From NCBI GenBank assembly GCA_004764695.1, contig SMSO01000037.1, forward strand, positions 1,340,747 to 1,404,746: a stretch of 64,000 nucleotides of DNA, read 5' to 3'. The notes under the pieces are model-generated. The model made no database searches and had not been told where the DNA came from. It saw nothing but the letters and a program-made list of their open reading frames with translations. The translations under genes were made by a program, and so were the position numbers. Shown here piece after piece: positions 45,501 through 55,300 of the stretch. This DNA comes from Schizochytrium sp. TIO01 (taxonomy: Eukaryota; Protista; Bigyra: Labyrinthulomycetes). The stretch's first letter is position 1. Each line of letters starts with the position of its first letter.

Positions 45501-46596
45501 TCCAGCTCTTGAATCACTTGACCGTGAGCGCATGCAGGATATCTCAGACCGCGCAGACGAAATTCACTACTTTACCGACCCAGTGAAGCGTATCAAATAC
45601 ATTTTGGGTCGCCTCGAATACCTAGATGTAGAGCTTCACGAAGCTCTTGATGTGCTGGACTCCGTGCGCATGAAAGAAGCACTTGATGAGTGCCGTCTGT
45701 ACAAGCATGTCAACGATGATGTTCGAGAAATCGAGCGTCTTTTTGCTCTTGACGAGGTTGAGTTTGTTCAAATGGAGCTTAAGGTGGCCAAGCGAGTTGG
45801 TGACAAGCCACGCGAGCGTCACCGTCGCATCCGCCTTCACGAGCTGCAGATTGAAGCTCGACATGATGAATTGAAGGACTGGACCCAGTCTGGCCATCTA
45901 CGTGATGCGACCAACTATGCCAAGGCTGGTGGTCTCTGCGGTCGCACTGCTATTCTGATTAGCATGCTGAGGTGGACCGACAAGCCTATCCCCGTGCCCT
46001 TGACCTTGATGCCTGGCGAAGCTCCTGGCATCCAGGATGATACAAAAGAGATCAAGAAGATGAAGAAGATGTGTAAGGCGAACTTTGTCAATATCCTCAA
46101 AGCGATGGGTGACAAGAAGAGCACGGGGCCAGATAAGTACACGCAGAGAGTTATCGACTTCGGCATGGAACACCCAAATTTGCGTAACGAGATCTTTATT
46201 GAGTTGATTAAGCAGCTTACAGAAAATCCATCAGACGAGTCTCGCGTCGCTGGTTACGAACTGCTGGGGCTTTGCTCTGCTTCTTTTCTACCGAGTGACG
46301 GATTTGCCGACTACCTTACAGTGTGGATCATGGACCACCCACCCCCGGACGGCAACTGGCGTGCAATTACCTCGGGCATGCACCAGTTGCAATTCCGTGA
46401 TGAGGATGAGGCTGCCTCTGCATCAACGAACGTAACTGATCTCCGCAAAGAGCTCGATGTACTTCGTGAGGAGGGTTCACGTTTTTCTATAGCAATTGAT
46501 GCATTCACCGGCCCTACTGAGGCCATGCGGAGCGCGGAGCTCGCCAAGATGAAGGCTGCCAAGCTCAATGCTGCAATGAAGCCCGCCTCGGACTAA
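42523..46596 (+). CDS. Unconventional myosin: WW - SH3-like - motor - IQ - helical tail - MyTH4
   Basis: WW (PKGWVRRETIDGKPYYFNH...FEKP), P-loop GDSGAGKT, NSSRFG, DIFGFE, EQLLINYCNEKLQ, FIRCVKPN, IQ-like VQAFIRG and MyTH4 (LRNEIFIELIKQLTENP...YELLGLCSASFLPS). Confidence 0.95.
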   Translation: MGFFSIRISKKFSTTRDQIEKLQAANSGKLVKPKGWVRRETIDGKPYYFNHSAIAIDDSVQFEKPDALKTLEELEKTSGEWVWVPHPSDVWQPAKVMKRNKDGTVVVQPYKGSPMTIPADGVMEPCRETSGVRQEVPLWPVNFTALDFLEDDVIQLDPVNEAMILHNTKTRYQRDQIYTWVGAGRAVLLSVNPYKNIPGFDEANMDFHKTQEDKPDKWIPPHVYAIANEAYDALIEHDQDQSILISGDSGAGKTESTRHCLEFFAKQIGSESMDQGVAEKLLYAGPLLEAFGNAVTIRNFNSSRFGRWVEVTFSRETGKITGAKFTNFMLEKSRVIEHQERERSFHIFYQMLGNEELVSQLDLEKPKAYKYLNHSKLSTGGPLAGYDDAGKFGTVMQALHNLEFSTDEQLSIFRILAGVLSLGNIEFEDMETESQVTGSSVTSRGEQWLAKSADYLLIDPETLREILTSRTLSTNGEEIKVVMDAMAAKDSANALAKTIYNRLFSFLVYNVNESMAPPLESFRIGILDIFGFEILDKNSFEQLLINYCNEKLQQYFNEHTFDVEEKFYRSEGVDYSFLNYVDNQPVVDLLEAKPKGILLMLDDEGALGKGSDKGWLGKVEKEYGTHPNFETDFRRKFESELSFEIRHYADVVKYDASGFVSKNKDTLWADLYRGAATSADMVMEQMFPPRESRSNIKPLAAQFRGHVNGLLKLIQATDVRFIRCVKPNPDMQAGIFEARLVAQQLRYSGVFETIDIRKGGYPFRLTHKQFAFRYACINVGFKYPKFSGSEEHRNLCAEILNNFQNELVRDNAQLGNSMVLYRVEVHKPLELARDLAIEITLPRVQAFIRGSLGRNYANQLRIAEDTLKTALDLGNDVEMVRKGFEQVHEVKEWLKPNLSFLPAYPMELYNQGKHLESRLVAYEALEAEMHEAADDKSPEDVDVALYKHLIDLCERADGEMADVVRTDAQQELYDHCKDLITESPPGKLDADAAPALESLDRERMQDISDRADEIHYFTDPVKRIKYILGRLEYLDVELHEALDVLDSVRMKEALDECRLYKHVNDDVREIERLFALDEVEFVQMELKVAKRVGDKPRERHRRIRLHELQIEARHDELKDWTQSGHLRDATNYAKAGGLCGRTAILISMLRWTDKPIPVPLTLMPGEAPGIQDDTKEIKKMKKMCKANFVNILKAMGDKKSTGPDKYTQRVIDFGMEHPNLRNEIFIELIKQLTENPSDESRVAGYELLGLCSASFLPSDGFADYLTVWIMDHPPPDGNWRAITSGMHQLQFRDEDEAASASTNVTDLRKELDVLREEGSRFSIAIDAFTGPTEAMRSAELAKMKAAKLNAAMKPASD

Positions 46597-47038
46597 ATCC
46601 CATGTGCCGCAACTTCTCCTTCAGGTTTCAGTCATTCTTATAACTGCTGTGCTCACGTCTACGTGAGAAAATGTTTCACCCCCCCCCCTTTAGCCTAGTC
46701 TAACTAATGTGTGTTTGTTTTTGTTGTCATTACCCTTATTTTGTATTAGCTCAAATTGTTTTTGTTGTTTTTCGCTGATGAAATTGACTCAAATTTATCT
46801 CGTACTTCAATTTCAGATATGAAAAATGGTCATGGTTGTTTTAAATTTAGGTGCAACCATTCGCTGCCTTAGTGAGAAGCCCAAATGATTCTGAAGATCC
46901 ACCCTTTAAAACATAATAAGTAATCAAGAGGATGGGCTTACACTATAGTCATACATAGTTCTTTAATCTACACAAGAATCAATTTAGATTTCACTTATGT
47001 CTTCTATTATATACTTTGCTAAGAAATCAATAAGTCCT

Positions 47039-48514
47039 TCAAGAAGCCCCAGGAATGTTCAGAAGACCTTTCAGCTGAAGAAATCCCATTGCGTTTCCAA
47101 TACCTGCGCGCCTGATCAGCTCGTCGGTTTTATTCTCGCACAGGGTCCACATTAATTCTCCCAAAAGACGCGAGACAGTGTTTGAGGAAGGAGTAGTCAT
47201 ACTCTTGATAACAAAGCTAAGCAGTGAGCCAGGAGGCACATGCTCGGCTTCCATCTTGTTCTTTTTCTTCTCGCTAGATGGTTGCCCCCCGGACGCGATG
47301 GCAGCAGAAGTCTCGCCTTCGGAAGATACAGCAGCGGCAGCGGATGCCAAAGCATCCTGTTCTGCAAATAAAAGTGTTTTAAGCTGTTGTTTGGCGTATG
47401 GTGAATTGTTTGCGGCTTCAGATAACACAACGAGTGAGGGAGTGAGACGAATTTCAAAGTTGGGTTTGCCCTGAACTAGAGTAGCATGCATTTCTCTCTC
47501 TAGGAGTTCTAGAATAGGGGCGAGGGCCTTGTTCGCGCTAAGAAAGTTTGCATATTCTGGCGGCATGAATGTGAGCACTGTCACAACCTTGGCGCGTACC
47601 TCCATAGCCCACGGCAAGTCAGCTGGGATAAGAAGAAGCTCAACGAGAAGGATGCCCATCTGGGTGAGGAAGTCCTTACCTTGTGCGGCGGGGTCATCGC
47701 TTCGAAGATCATCTTGCTTCATTTGAGATGCCAATAGCATCTGCCATGTAAGAATTTCGAGAACAAGATCCACGCGGCTTCGATCATTGCCAGGAAAACA
47801 AGTGGGTTTCTTGCTGCGTACGCAGTAAGCGAGGCAAGCCACTGAAGCTCTTGCCTGGGCCTCAACCATTTTCGCGAGCTTGATCTTCATGCTTTCATCC
47901 CCAGAATTCGACTTATCTGCACAAACGGCTTGATTCTGTATACACAGGTTCAACACACGTGCACAACGGTGCATTTTAGCAGCAGATCCAGCACTCTTGA
48001 AAATAGCAAGAACCCTGGCAGCGCCAAAAAAGTCCTCGAGCGCAAGGTATGCTTTGTTGTTCATGTAAATTGCATTTACCACACATGTGATGCCCTCAAC
48101 ACTTGCCATATATCCTAGTGCATCCTGAAGCTCTCCAGCACGAACGAAATTCTCCAGAGCTGCTTTGGTCGCCCAGACCTCGCTTCCTCGCGGTCTTGAT
48201 CTCAGAAAAAGTCTCGCGACGCGCAGAGATTTATACAAATATTCTCGCTCTTGTGCCACCAAGACCTGCGATTGCGCTTTTTCTACAAGCTGGGCCACGT
48301 TGGTGGATATTTTTTTGCAAGTGTTCGAGACAGCTTCCGCATCCTTCAAGTCCAGCTTAGCAGAGCTGGAGTCAGAGTTTGAGACGGTTTGAGACGCTGG
48401 GTCTGAGCTGGCCAATGATGACTCTTTCAAAGCCTTCTCGCGTTGCTGCGGCTGAGAAGGCGTTTCCAGCTCGGCAGCAAGAGCCTCTAGCTCGGCCAAA
48501 GTCGGGTTTGACAT
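47039..48514 (-). CDS. Ric-8/synembryn-like G-alpha chaperone/GEF
   Basis: Helical-repeat body; the C-terminal ELMWTLCENKTDELIRRAGIGNAMGFLQLKGL resembles the Ric-8 signature (LFVLC...GYGNAAGLL..RGL). Confidence 0.72.
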   Translation of the reverse strand: MSNPTLAELEALAAELETPSQPQQREKALKESSLASSDPASQTVSNSDSSSAKLDLKDAEAVSNTCKKISTNVAQLVEKAQSQVLVAQEREYLYKSLRVARLFLRSRPRGSEVWATKAALENFVRAGELQDALGYMASVEGITCVVNAIYMNNKAYLALEDFFGAARVLAIFKSAGSAAKMHRCARVLNLCIQNQAVCADKSNSGDESMKIKLAKMVEAQARASVACLAYCVRSKKPTCFPGNDRSRVDLVLEILTWQMLLASQMKQDDLRSDDPAAQGKDFLTQMGILLVELLLIPADLPWAMEVRAKVVTVLTFMPPEYANFLSANKALAPILELLEREMHATLVQGKPNFEIRLTPSLVVLSEAANNSPYAKQQLKTLLFAEQDALASAAAAVSSEGETSAAIASGGQPSSEKKKNKMEAEHVPPGSLLSFVIKSMTTPSSNTVSRLLGELMWTLCENKTDELIRRAGIGNAMGFLQLKGLLNIPGAS

Positions 48515-48555
48515 GCCGCTCGGACCTTTAGAGTTACGGGAAACGTCCTCGCAAA

Positions 48556-48579
48556 GTTCGTTCGTTCGTTCGTTCGTTC
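48556..48579. repeat. (GTTC)n microsatellite
   Basis: Six GTTC units ~40 bp upstream of the Ric-8-like start codon. Confidence 0.9.
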
Positions 48580-50071
48580 AAGGTTTGTTGCTTTCAAGAT
48601 TGACAACCTCGGAAAAGACAGAGTGTGCAAACGACACTCCATAGCGTTTCCGTTATATGAAGGCCTAGTCAACGTGGAAATTCGATTGAAAATCCAACCC
48701 ATCATTTCGGGATTAAATTTGGGATGGACGTTGGGATGGCATTTATGGTGTAAACACATAGTTTCGACGCTGGGAATCGACGGCGGAATGGTTAGGGTGG
48801 CTTGATTAGCTGAAAGTAGACGCTGAAGCAATTTACGTCATTAGAATGAGTGTTACTATGTTATTTTTTAATATTAATTATTTTATTTTATTTTTAATTT
48901 AAACTAGAATAAAAGAAGAATGCGAAGGTCCAAATGAGCGTTAAATTAGACATATCTCCTGAGCGGAAAGAGAGTAAGAGAATAAGCCCAATGGAGATCT
49001 CTGCTGTGTTAAATGGCGAAGATTTCGAATGTCAGATGACCAGAGACAGCTTGTCCTAACGAGACAGTGTAGGAGGCTTGGCCATTTAGAATGAATGCAT
49101 AACGCCTATCTACAAATTGTATTCTAGCTTCGCAGCACATGCGGTACAGCCTGTGTTAAGCTTCAACGCAGGTTTGGCCTTTTGAGTGGTCATAGAAACT
49201 GTGGATTCAATTTGATAGCACATTCATTCCCCATGCATGAATGGATTTAACACTAGTTGACCAATGCGTTAGTTTTATATTACACTTGCAGCGAAATAAA
49301 CAAGGTATCGCACATGTCTTTGTATCATCGACCATACCTACGGTAGCGCATAGACCATGGCCATAACACCCTCCATCTTTACAAGTGCTTGGTACTCCGT
49401 AAGATGCACACCACCTGAATAACTATGACCCTTACCCTCGCAGGTCTCACCTTTTTCTTGCACAACTGATTCATCAGCTTCCAGGTGCCCTTCGCCAAGA
49501 GCTTGGTCATCTCCTGAAAGCCTGCAAGCTGCGAATCAATCTTCGAATCAATCTCCAAATCAATCCAGAGCCTTTTGCTCATCTTGAAGCGCCTCCGCCT
49601 CGCGTTCTCTGCTCCTATTCTGCACTAAGTAATCTTAGCACCCAGCATGTTTGGAGGCTTCAAGAATACATACAGCATTGCAGTTCATCATCGCTCTGAA
49701 AGAGGGGATACCTGACAACACTAGCGTCTCTTAGCGGTGATGGGTGGCATCGAAAACATTTCGCTGTCGTGATGTTCGTATCGAGCACGATATACGCTTG
49801 CTTCTTGGTTTGGTCACAAGATTTGCAGTTTCAATCATCATGATGGCAGCGGTAGCGCTTTATGTATACCATGTATATTTATTATTTAAAGAATTAGGGA
49901 AAAGGAGGAAGATTTAGCATTTTTGTAGGTTATAAAATTATTTTTTAATTAATGATTCGTTCGACTCGAAAGCGTCAAAATGGTTCAAGAAATCCAAATC
50001 TGATCTGCACAGAGCCCAACCGAAGCAGTCAGGCTGGCACAGGCGAGGACGGACCTGATCACAACGTTGAT

Positions 50072-53000
50072 ATGGCCCTGCCAGACCTCTCTTCCACCAT
50101 GGACGGCGGAGGTACCTCGCCTCCTACGGCCACACCGCCAGACAAGTCTCAGGTAGAGGCTTCCATCCTTATCTATGGAGCCCTCGTCGCGATCTCGTTG
50201 GCACTCTACTCTATACTGCGTAAAAGGTGTGCTCGCGTCATGACGCCAGCTCTTGCTCAGGGTGACCTTCCTCGCGCCCAGGAACTTACACCACTCGCAT
50301 CAACAGCAGCGGACTTTACTTCACATCGTTTCCCCCAAAATCAAAAGAATCAACAGCGTGTTGGTGGAGATGGGAATGTGAGGCCTGGTACAATTCTTTT
50401 GGGGGGTGTTGATCATGGACTGGATGTTGAAAATGGCAGGCTCGCAAGTCATAACCGTGAAGATGCGGATGATGAAGAAAAGACTTCGCTACTCTCGTCA
50501 GGCATGACACCTAGTTCATGGAGAAACCCTTCCACATGGGGAACTAGCTGGAGAAACACGGTCCTGGGAAGACAGTCTGATAGGGATCAGGCTAGGAAGC
50601 GCCGTGACCATCATCGCGATAGGTCCACATGTAGCAAGGCTTGTAGCAAATGCGAGAGTGTCAGCTCACTGGACCTCTCGTGGTCATGGAAAGCATTAGC
50701 ACTGCGAGAACGGGATCTTGTCCGGATTGCTGGTCTTGACGCTTACATTTTCTTAAGGGTGGTGAGGTTTTGCTGGGCAGTTATGACAGGCTATGCTATA
50801 GTTTCACTGTTGTTCCTCATTCCTGTGTACCTCGGACAGCCTATGCCTGCTCGTTGCGTCTCAGTATGCCAGTCGCACGAACTTGCTCACAAAAAGTTTG
50901 ATACAGATCCAGATGACCCATGGGATGCTGCAAGCTGTATTTGTGGCGATATTGATCGCGCAAGTATGGCAAACATCGCATCCAGATCAACTGCGCTTTG
51001 GACCCCAGTGCTGGTCATATACATCTTTACCATGTCTACGCTCTGGGCAGCAAACGTGGAATATCGCGCAATGGTTCGAATTAAACGTCGCTACTGGGGT
51101 GCAGCACCTCCAGAGGCATACTCTGTCCTCGTAGAGCACCTCCCACAGAATCTTCGCGACAGATCTGGCCGTCTACTATATGACTACTTTGATAAAGTCT
51201 TTCCAAACCGTGTGTTTTCTGTGAGTATGGTAGACACTGGTACACCACTCTTTCGGCACTTGAATAAAGTTGGAGCATCACGCAATACGGTTCTTTGGAA
51301 GCTTGAGCGCGCAATTGTGGAGTTCTACAAGGCCCAAGCTGAAACGCGCACTAAACATTGGTATGAGACTCGTATTCCGTGGCTATCAAACAAGTGCTGC
51401 TCCGAGAAGGGTAAATGGGCCATTCTGGATAAGCGCCGAGAAAAGGTTGAATTTCTTCGTGCAGAACTTGACGAGCTCAACCAGGAGTTTCTGACCACAC
51501 GACGGCGTTATGATCGTTTGTGCCATGGATCAGAGTCTATGCCTAACTCCTCAGAAACTTTTGAATCCTTTAAATCATTCGGGACAGTCACGAGTAGTAT
51601 TGATGATAGCTTTGCTGTCCTCGAGCGTAGTGCCGCTTCTCCGCCTCCTGCTAGGACTGCTAGTAAAGAAGCCCACAGTGGTGCAATAGCATCAGAAGAA
51701 AATAATAATGCACTACATCAAACTACTGGAGAGGAGCAAGAAGACGAGGAGGTTGGAGATAACGGGCCGCGAGTACCACCAAGTCGCGACGACCAATATT
51801 TCTCAGGAGCCTTTGTTACTTTCCATACCCTAAAAGCGAGCACAGTAGCATCCCAGACCCAAATTGATAGCCAGTCGGATATGCGAGTCATCCCTGCACC
51901 TGAGCCATTAGACGTGGCATGGGGGAACATTGGAATGTCACTGCACGAACGCGCTGTTCGCAGGGCTGTTACGAAAACTGCTTTTTACCTATTGGTACTG
52001 TTCTGGGGTGTTTTGACCTCAGTTGTTGGCGCGAGTACTTCTACACCGGCATTAGCGCGCCAGTTCCCAGCTGTAGAGCGCCTTTTAGAGGATAACCCCA
52101 ATCTCGAAAGCTACTTGGATATGCTTGCCCCTCTGGTTCTTGTCTCTCTCGTAGGGGTCGTGAATCCTTTGATGAGTGTGCTTGCACGATTTGAAGGCAG
52201 AGTATCAGAAACAGCTGCAGACAAGCGTGCGATGGAACGATACTTTGTTTTCCTAGTTGTGCAGGTTTTCCTCTTTTATAGTATTGCTGGCACCGTGTTT
52301 AAGACTCTTGTAGAGATCTTCCAACAACCAAGCAAGATTGCCCAGACACTGGGTGCTAGTCTACCTCGAAACGCGGCATTCTATCTACAGTTCATTTTTG
52401 TGAAACTCTTTTGGATGTTATGCTTTGAGCTCCTTCGCGTCACGGATTTTATTCTTGCCTTGCTACGTCGTGTTGTGGCTGGGTTTCCGAAAACAGAGCG
52501 AGAGCGTATCTCACTTTTCTGCGGATGCTTTGAATTAAGCTACCCGAGCCCAATCAGTATACCTTCGAGTTTGGCGCAAATCTTATTGGTGTACTTTATC
52601 TCTATTGTTTATGCAGTCGTGCAGCCGCTGATTGTCTTGGTGGCTTTTGCATTTTTTATGCTGGCTAATATTTGTTATACCACCATTATTACAAGTACGA
52701 GCAAACAAATGTACGATAGTGGCGGGCGATTTTGGTGGAATTCAGCTTATCGGTGTATTGTTGCAGGTCTCATCACAAGCCAGCTTACCTTGATTGGTGT
52801 CATGTTTATCAAAGGTGCAATCGGCATGGCCCTTCCAATTTGGCTTCTGGTCTTTGCGACATTATTTGTGGGTTACAAAATTGAAAACCGATACTCCACG
52901 CTCGTGTCGACGTTGCCTATGCAGCTTGCTGCGGAGTTGGACGAAGTTGCTCCAGCCAGTTCTGTCGAAGTTCGGCCGGCCATGTGGCAATATGGATCCA

Positions 53001-53206
53001 AAACATTCCCGGGCCCTGAAGGACCTGAGGTTTTCCACAATGTCTTGAGACCCAGTTCAACACGGTATGAGCCAACAGGTGCACCTGCCAAACATGTATA
53101 CTGCTTTGATCATCCTGTGCTTCAAGAGCAAATTATTGCCAAGTCATTTGGCCTTCGACGCGCCTTTTCTTCACGCTATGGAACTGTATCCTCATCGCAT
53201 TCATAA
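50072..53206 (+). CDS. CSC1/OSCA/TMEM63-family mechano/osmosensitive Ca2+-permeable channel
   Basis: AGLDAYIFLR, YSVLVEHLP, AFVTF, PAPEPLDVAWGNI, YDSGGRFW and multiple TM helices. Start at 50072 or the upstream in-frame ATG 49952. Confidence 0.92.
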   Translation: MALPDLSSTMDGGGTSPPTATPPDKSQVEASILIYGALVAISLALYSILRKRCARVMTPALAQGDLPRAQELTPLASTAADFTSHRFPQNQKNQQRVGGDGNVRPGTILLGGVDHGLDVENGRLASHNREDADDEEKTSLLSSGMTPSSWRNPSTWGTSWRNTVLGRQSDRDQARKRRDHHRDRSTCSKACSKCESVSSLDLSWSWKALALRERDLVRIAGLDAYIFLRVVRFCWAVMTGYAIVSLLFLIPVYLGQPMPARCVSVCQSHELAHKKFDTDPDDPWDAASCICGDIDRASMANIASRSTALWTPVLVIYIFTMSTLWAANVEYRAMVRIKRRYWGAAPPEAYSVLVEHLPQNLRDRSGRLLYDYFDKVFPNRVFSVSMVDTGTPLFRHLNKVGASRNTVLWKLERAIVEFYKAQAETRTKHWYETRIPWLSNKCCSEKGKWAILDKRREKVEFLRAELDELNQEFLTTRRRYDRLCHGSESMPNSSETFESFKSFGTVTSSIDDSFAVLERSAASPPPARTASKEAHSGAIASEENNNALHQTTGEEQEDEEVGDNGPRVPPSRDDQYFSGAFVTFHTLKASTVASQTQIDSQSDMRVIPAPEPLDVAWGNIGMSLHERAVRRAVTKTAFYLLVLFWGVLTSVVGASTSTPALARQFPAVERLLEDNPNLESYLDMLAPLVLVSLVGVVNPLMSVLARFEGRVSETAADKRAMERYFVFLVVQVFLFYSIAGTVFKTLVEIFQQPSKIAQTLGASLPRNAAFYLQFIFVKLFWMLCFELLRVTDFILALLRRVVAGFPKTERERISLFCGCFELSYPSPISIPSSLAQILLVYFISIVYAVVQPLIVLVAFAFFMLANICYTTIITSTSKQMYDSGGRFWWNSAYRCIVAGLITSQLTLIGVMFIKGAIGMALPIWLLVFATLFVGYKIENRYSTLVSTLPMQLAAELDEVAPASSVEVRPAMWQYGSKTFPGPEGPEVFHNVLRPSSTRYEPTGAPAKHVYCFDHPVLQEQIIAKSFGLRRAFSSRYGTVSSSHS

Positions 53207-54031
53207 AAATCTGCAGACTCACGTGACTGCATTACGTTAAGGAGGTTTCTTCTTCTATTGCGCGAGTGTGTTTTTCTTCTTCTTTCCAAGCTTCTGCTAT
53301 TGGTTTCTTGTCTTGAAGAGACTCTTCTGTTCCCAAACTTCGATCCAATTTTCTTTTAAACACGTAATTTAGATTTCCTTTTGAGGTTTGTTTTCAACAC
53401 AACAATCAAAACAAAGATCACATGATGCGCTTATCCTTTTCATGCATTGTATTGTATTAATTCCTTCAACTATTTGCATTTAACGACGACAACGAAAAAA
53501 AAGTGTACCTCTAAAGTAGTGCTTTCACCAAAGCACATGGCAAATATAAATAACATTCAATTAGAACAGAAATTTGATGAAGCTATTTTGTTGATTTGAC
53601 ATCATAACCGTGGAAACAAAATCTGGCGTTTCAAAAAAAAATCTTACAAAGAACTAGATTGATGAGCCACCATGTTCAGATTATTAGAAAGTCATATCGT
53701 CTATTAATTCTGATGGCAGAAATTGTGAATGCGAGTAAAGGATGTGAAGATAAAATGATGTATTTGTGTCATAAAGATTTAAGCAGGATTGGAAGCGTGT
53801 TGGCTATCTACCTACTTGGGTTGCTAATTGCAGATGATTGGAGTTTGCCATGTGTTGGTGACAGGATACGAAAGGTCCTGGGGCCCTACGATCTGATCTC
53901 CAAAGAAAATGAAAACTCTACAAGCCAGATGTCATGTTTCAGTAACCTCCTGTATTGCGTTGAAAATGAAGGGATATCATTCCTTTATAGAGGGGGAGAA
54001 AATTTTTTGGTCTGAGGTATGTTCACACAAA

Positions 54032-55300
54032 TTATTGAATCGTGCGGAACTCAGCGGCCCACTTGTTGAGAGCCTCGTTGACGGCACCAAGAAGGCCGGT
54101 CTTGGGGTCCATCAATGTCTTGGCAATCACTGCTTGGTTGCTGCCCGCCTTCTCGCGATTAGACCAACGCAACTCAGCATCAATGACATTGTCACTAGCA
54201 TCTCCACTCACCTCGTCTGCTGAAACGTCTGGCAAGAAAAGAGTACCAGTAACACGGTTACCTAATGTGTCAACCTGCCAGTCCAGCTCCATGCTGTAGT
54301 CGAACATGTGACGCTTCTTACCACGAGTGAACATGATAGATGCATCGCCATCAATGTTCTTGATGTCTGTCACCTTGATAGTCTCAGATTCTGCGTCACC
54401 GTCACTGTCCACTAGCTGAATTGGGCAAGTCACAGCACCGAGGTATTCCTTCAGCTTCGGCTGAGCCCACTTCGTCATGGGACGCTCTTCAAAGGTACCG
54501 CCATGGTTCCAAGCGGATGCACCCTTGCTAGCAAGCTCTTGTTCCTTGGCCTTGAGAGTCTCCTCATCCTCAAGCTGCTTGGGCTTGTTATCCTTCAGGA
54601 GCTCCTTTTCTTCCTCGGTGAGCTCACGGTTGAAGTACGTAGTCTTGCGCCCATCAGGGAGTGTACGGTATCCACGGAGACTAAGATCCACGTCACCCTT
54701 TTTGCCAGTAGACTTCTTTGAGTCACTAGCAGAATCACTCTCGACCTCCACGATTCTCTTTGACACGAAGGAGTCCTTGGTCAGCTCCGCCTTCTCTTTA
54801 GCAGCCTTCTCGGCACGTTCAGCCTCAATTCTCTTCTTTTCCACTAGTTTCTCGCGACGTTGTGGCATGGCCTTAATCTCCTGTTCAGCTGCTTTGTTGC
54901 CAGGCTCGAGTTCGAGGACCTTCTCGAAACGCTTAGTGGCCTCATCGAGCTTGTCGAGACCCACCTCAGCCTTACCTGCACGGTACCATCCTTTGGACCA
55001 CGAGGCATCGATGGCAATGGCGGATTCTGCGTCCTCAAGAGCTTCTGCAAAACGTCCCATCATCAAGCGCACCATTGAGCGGTTTCCGAAGAGGGCGAAT
55101 GCCTTCGGGTCATGCTCGATAGCCTTGCTATAAAGCACCTCAGCTTCAGGTAGAGACTTTGCAGAAAATGCAGCATTTCCACGACGTTTGAGCTCGTCAA
55201 CAAGTCGCTGGCGGGCCTCTTCGGAGTCTGGAGACGCATTGAGAACGTCGTTGTGCTGGTTACTAGCATAAAACGCACCTGCGTTGGAGTTTGCAGCCAT
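54032..55300 (-). CDS. TPR + Aha1 N-terminal domain Hsp90 co-chaperone
   Basis: Three TPRs (LKRRGNAAF, FGNRS, KGWYRAG), GYRTLPDGRKTTYFNREL, then Aha1_N (SAWNHGGTFEER...GDASIMFTRGKKRHMFD). Confidence 0.88.
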   Translation of the reverse strand: MAANSNAGAFYASNQHNDVLNASPDSEEARQRLVDELKRRGNAAFSAKSLPEAEVLYSKAIEHDPKAFALFGNRSMVRLMMGRFAEALEDAESAIAIDASWSKGWYRAGKAEVGLDKLDEATKRFEKVLELEPGNKAAEQEIKAMPQRREKLVEKKRIEAERAEKAAKEKAELTKDSFVSKRIVEVESDSASDSKKSTGKKGDVDLSLRGYRTLPDGRKTTYFNRELTEEEKELLKDNKPKQLEDEETLKAKEQELASKGASAWNHGGTFEERPMTKWAQPKLKEYLGAVTCPIQLVDSDGDAESETIKVTDIKNIDGDASIMFTRGKKRHMFDYSMELDWQVDTLGNRVTGTLFLPDVSADEVSGDASDNVIDAELRWSNREKAGSNQAVIAKTLMDPKTGLLGAVNEALNKWAAEFRTIQ

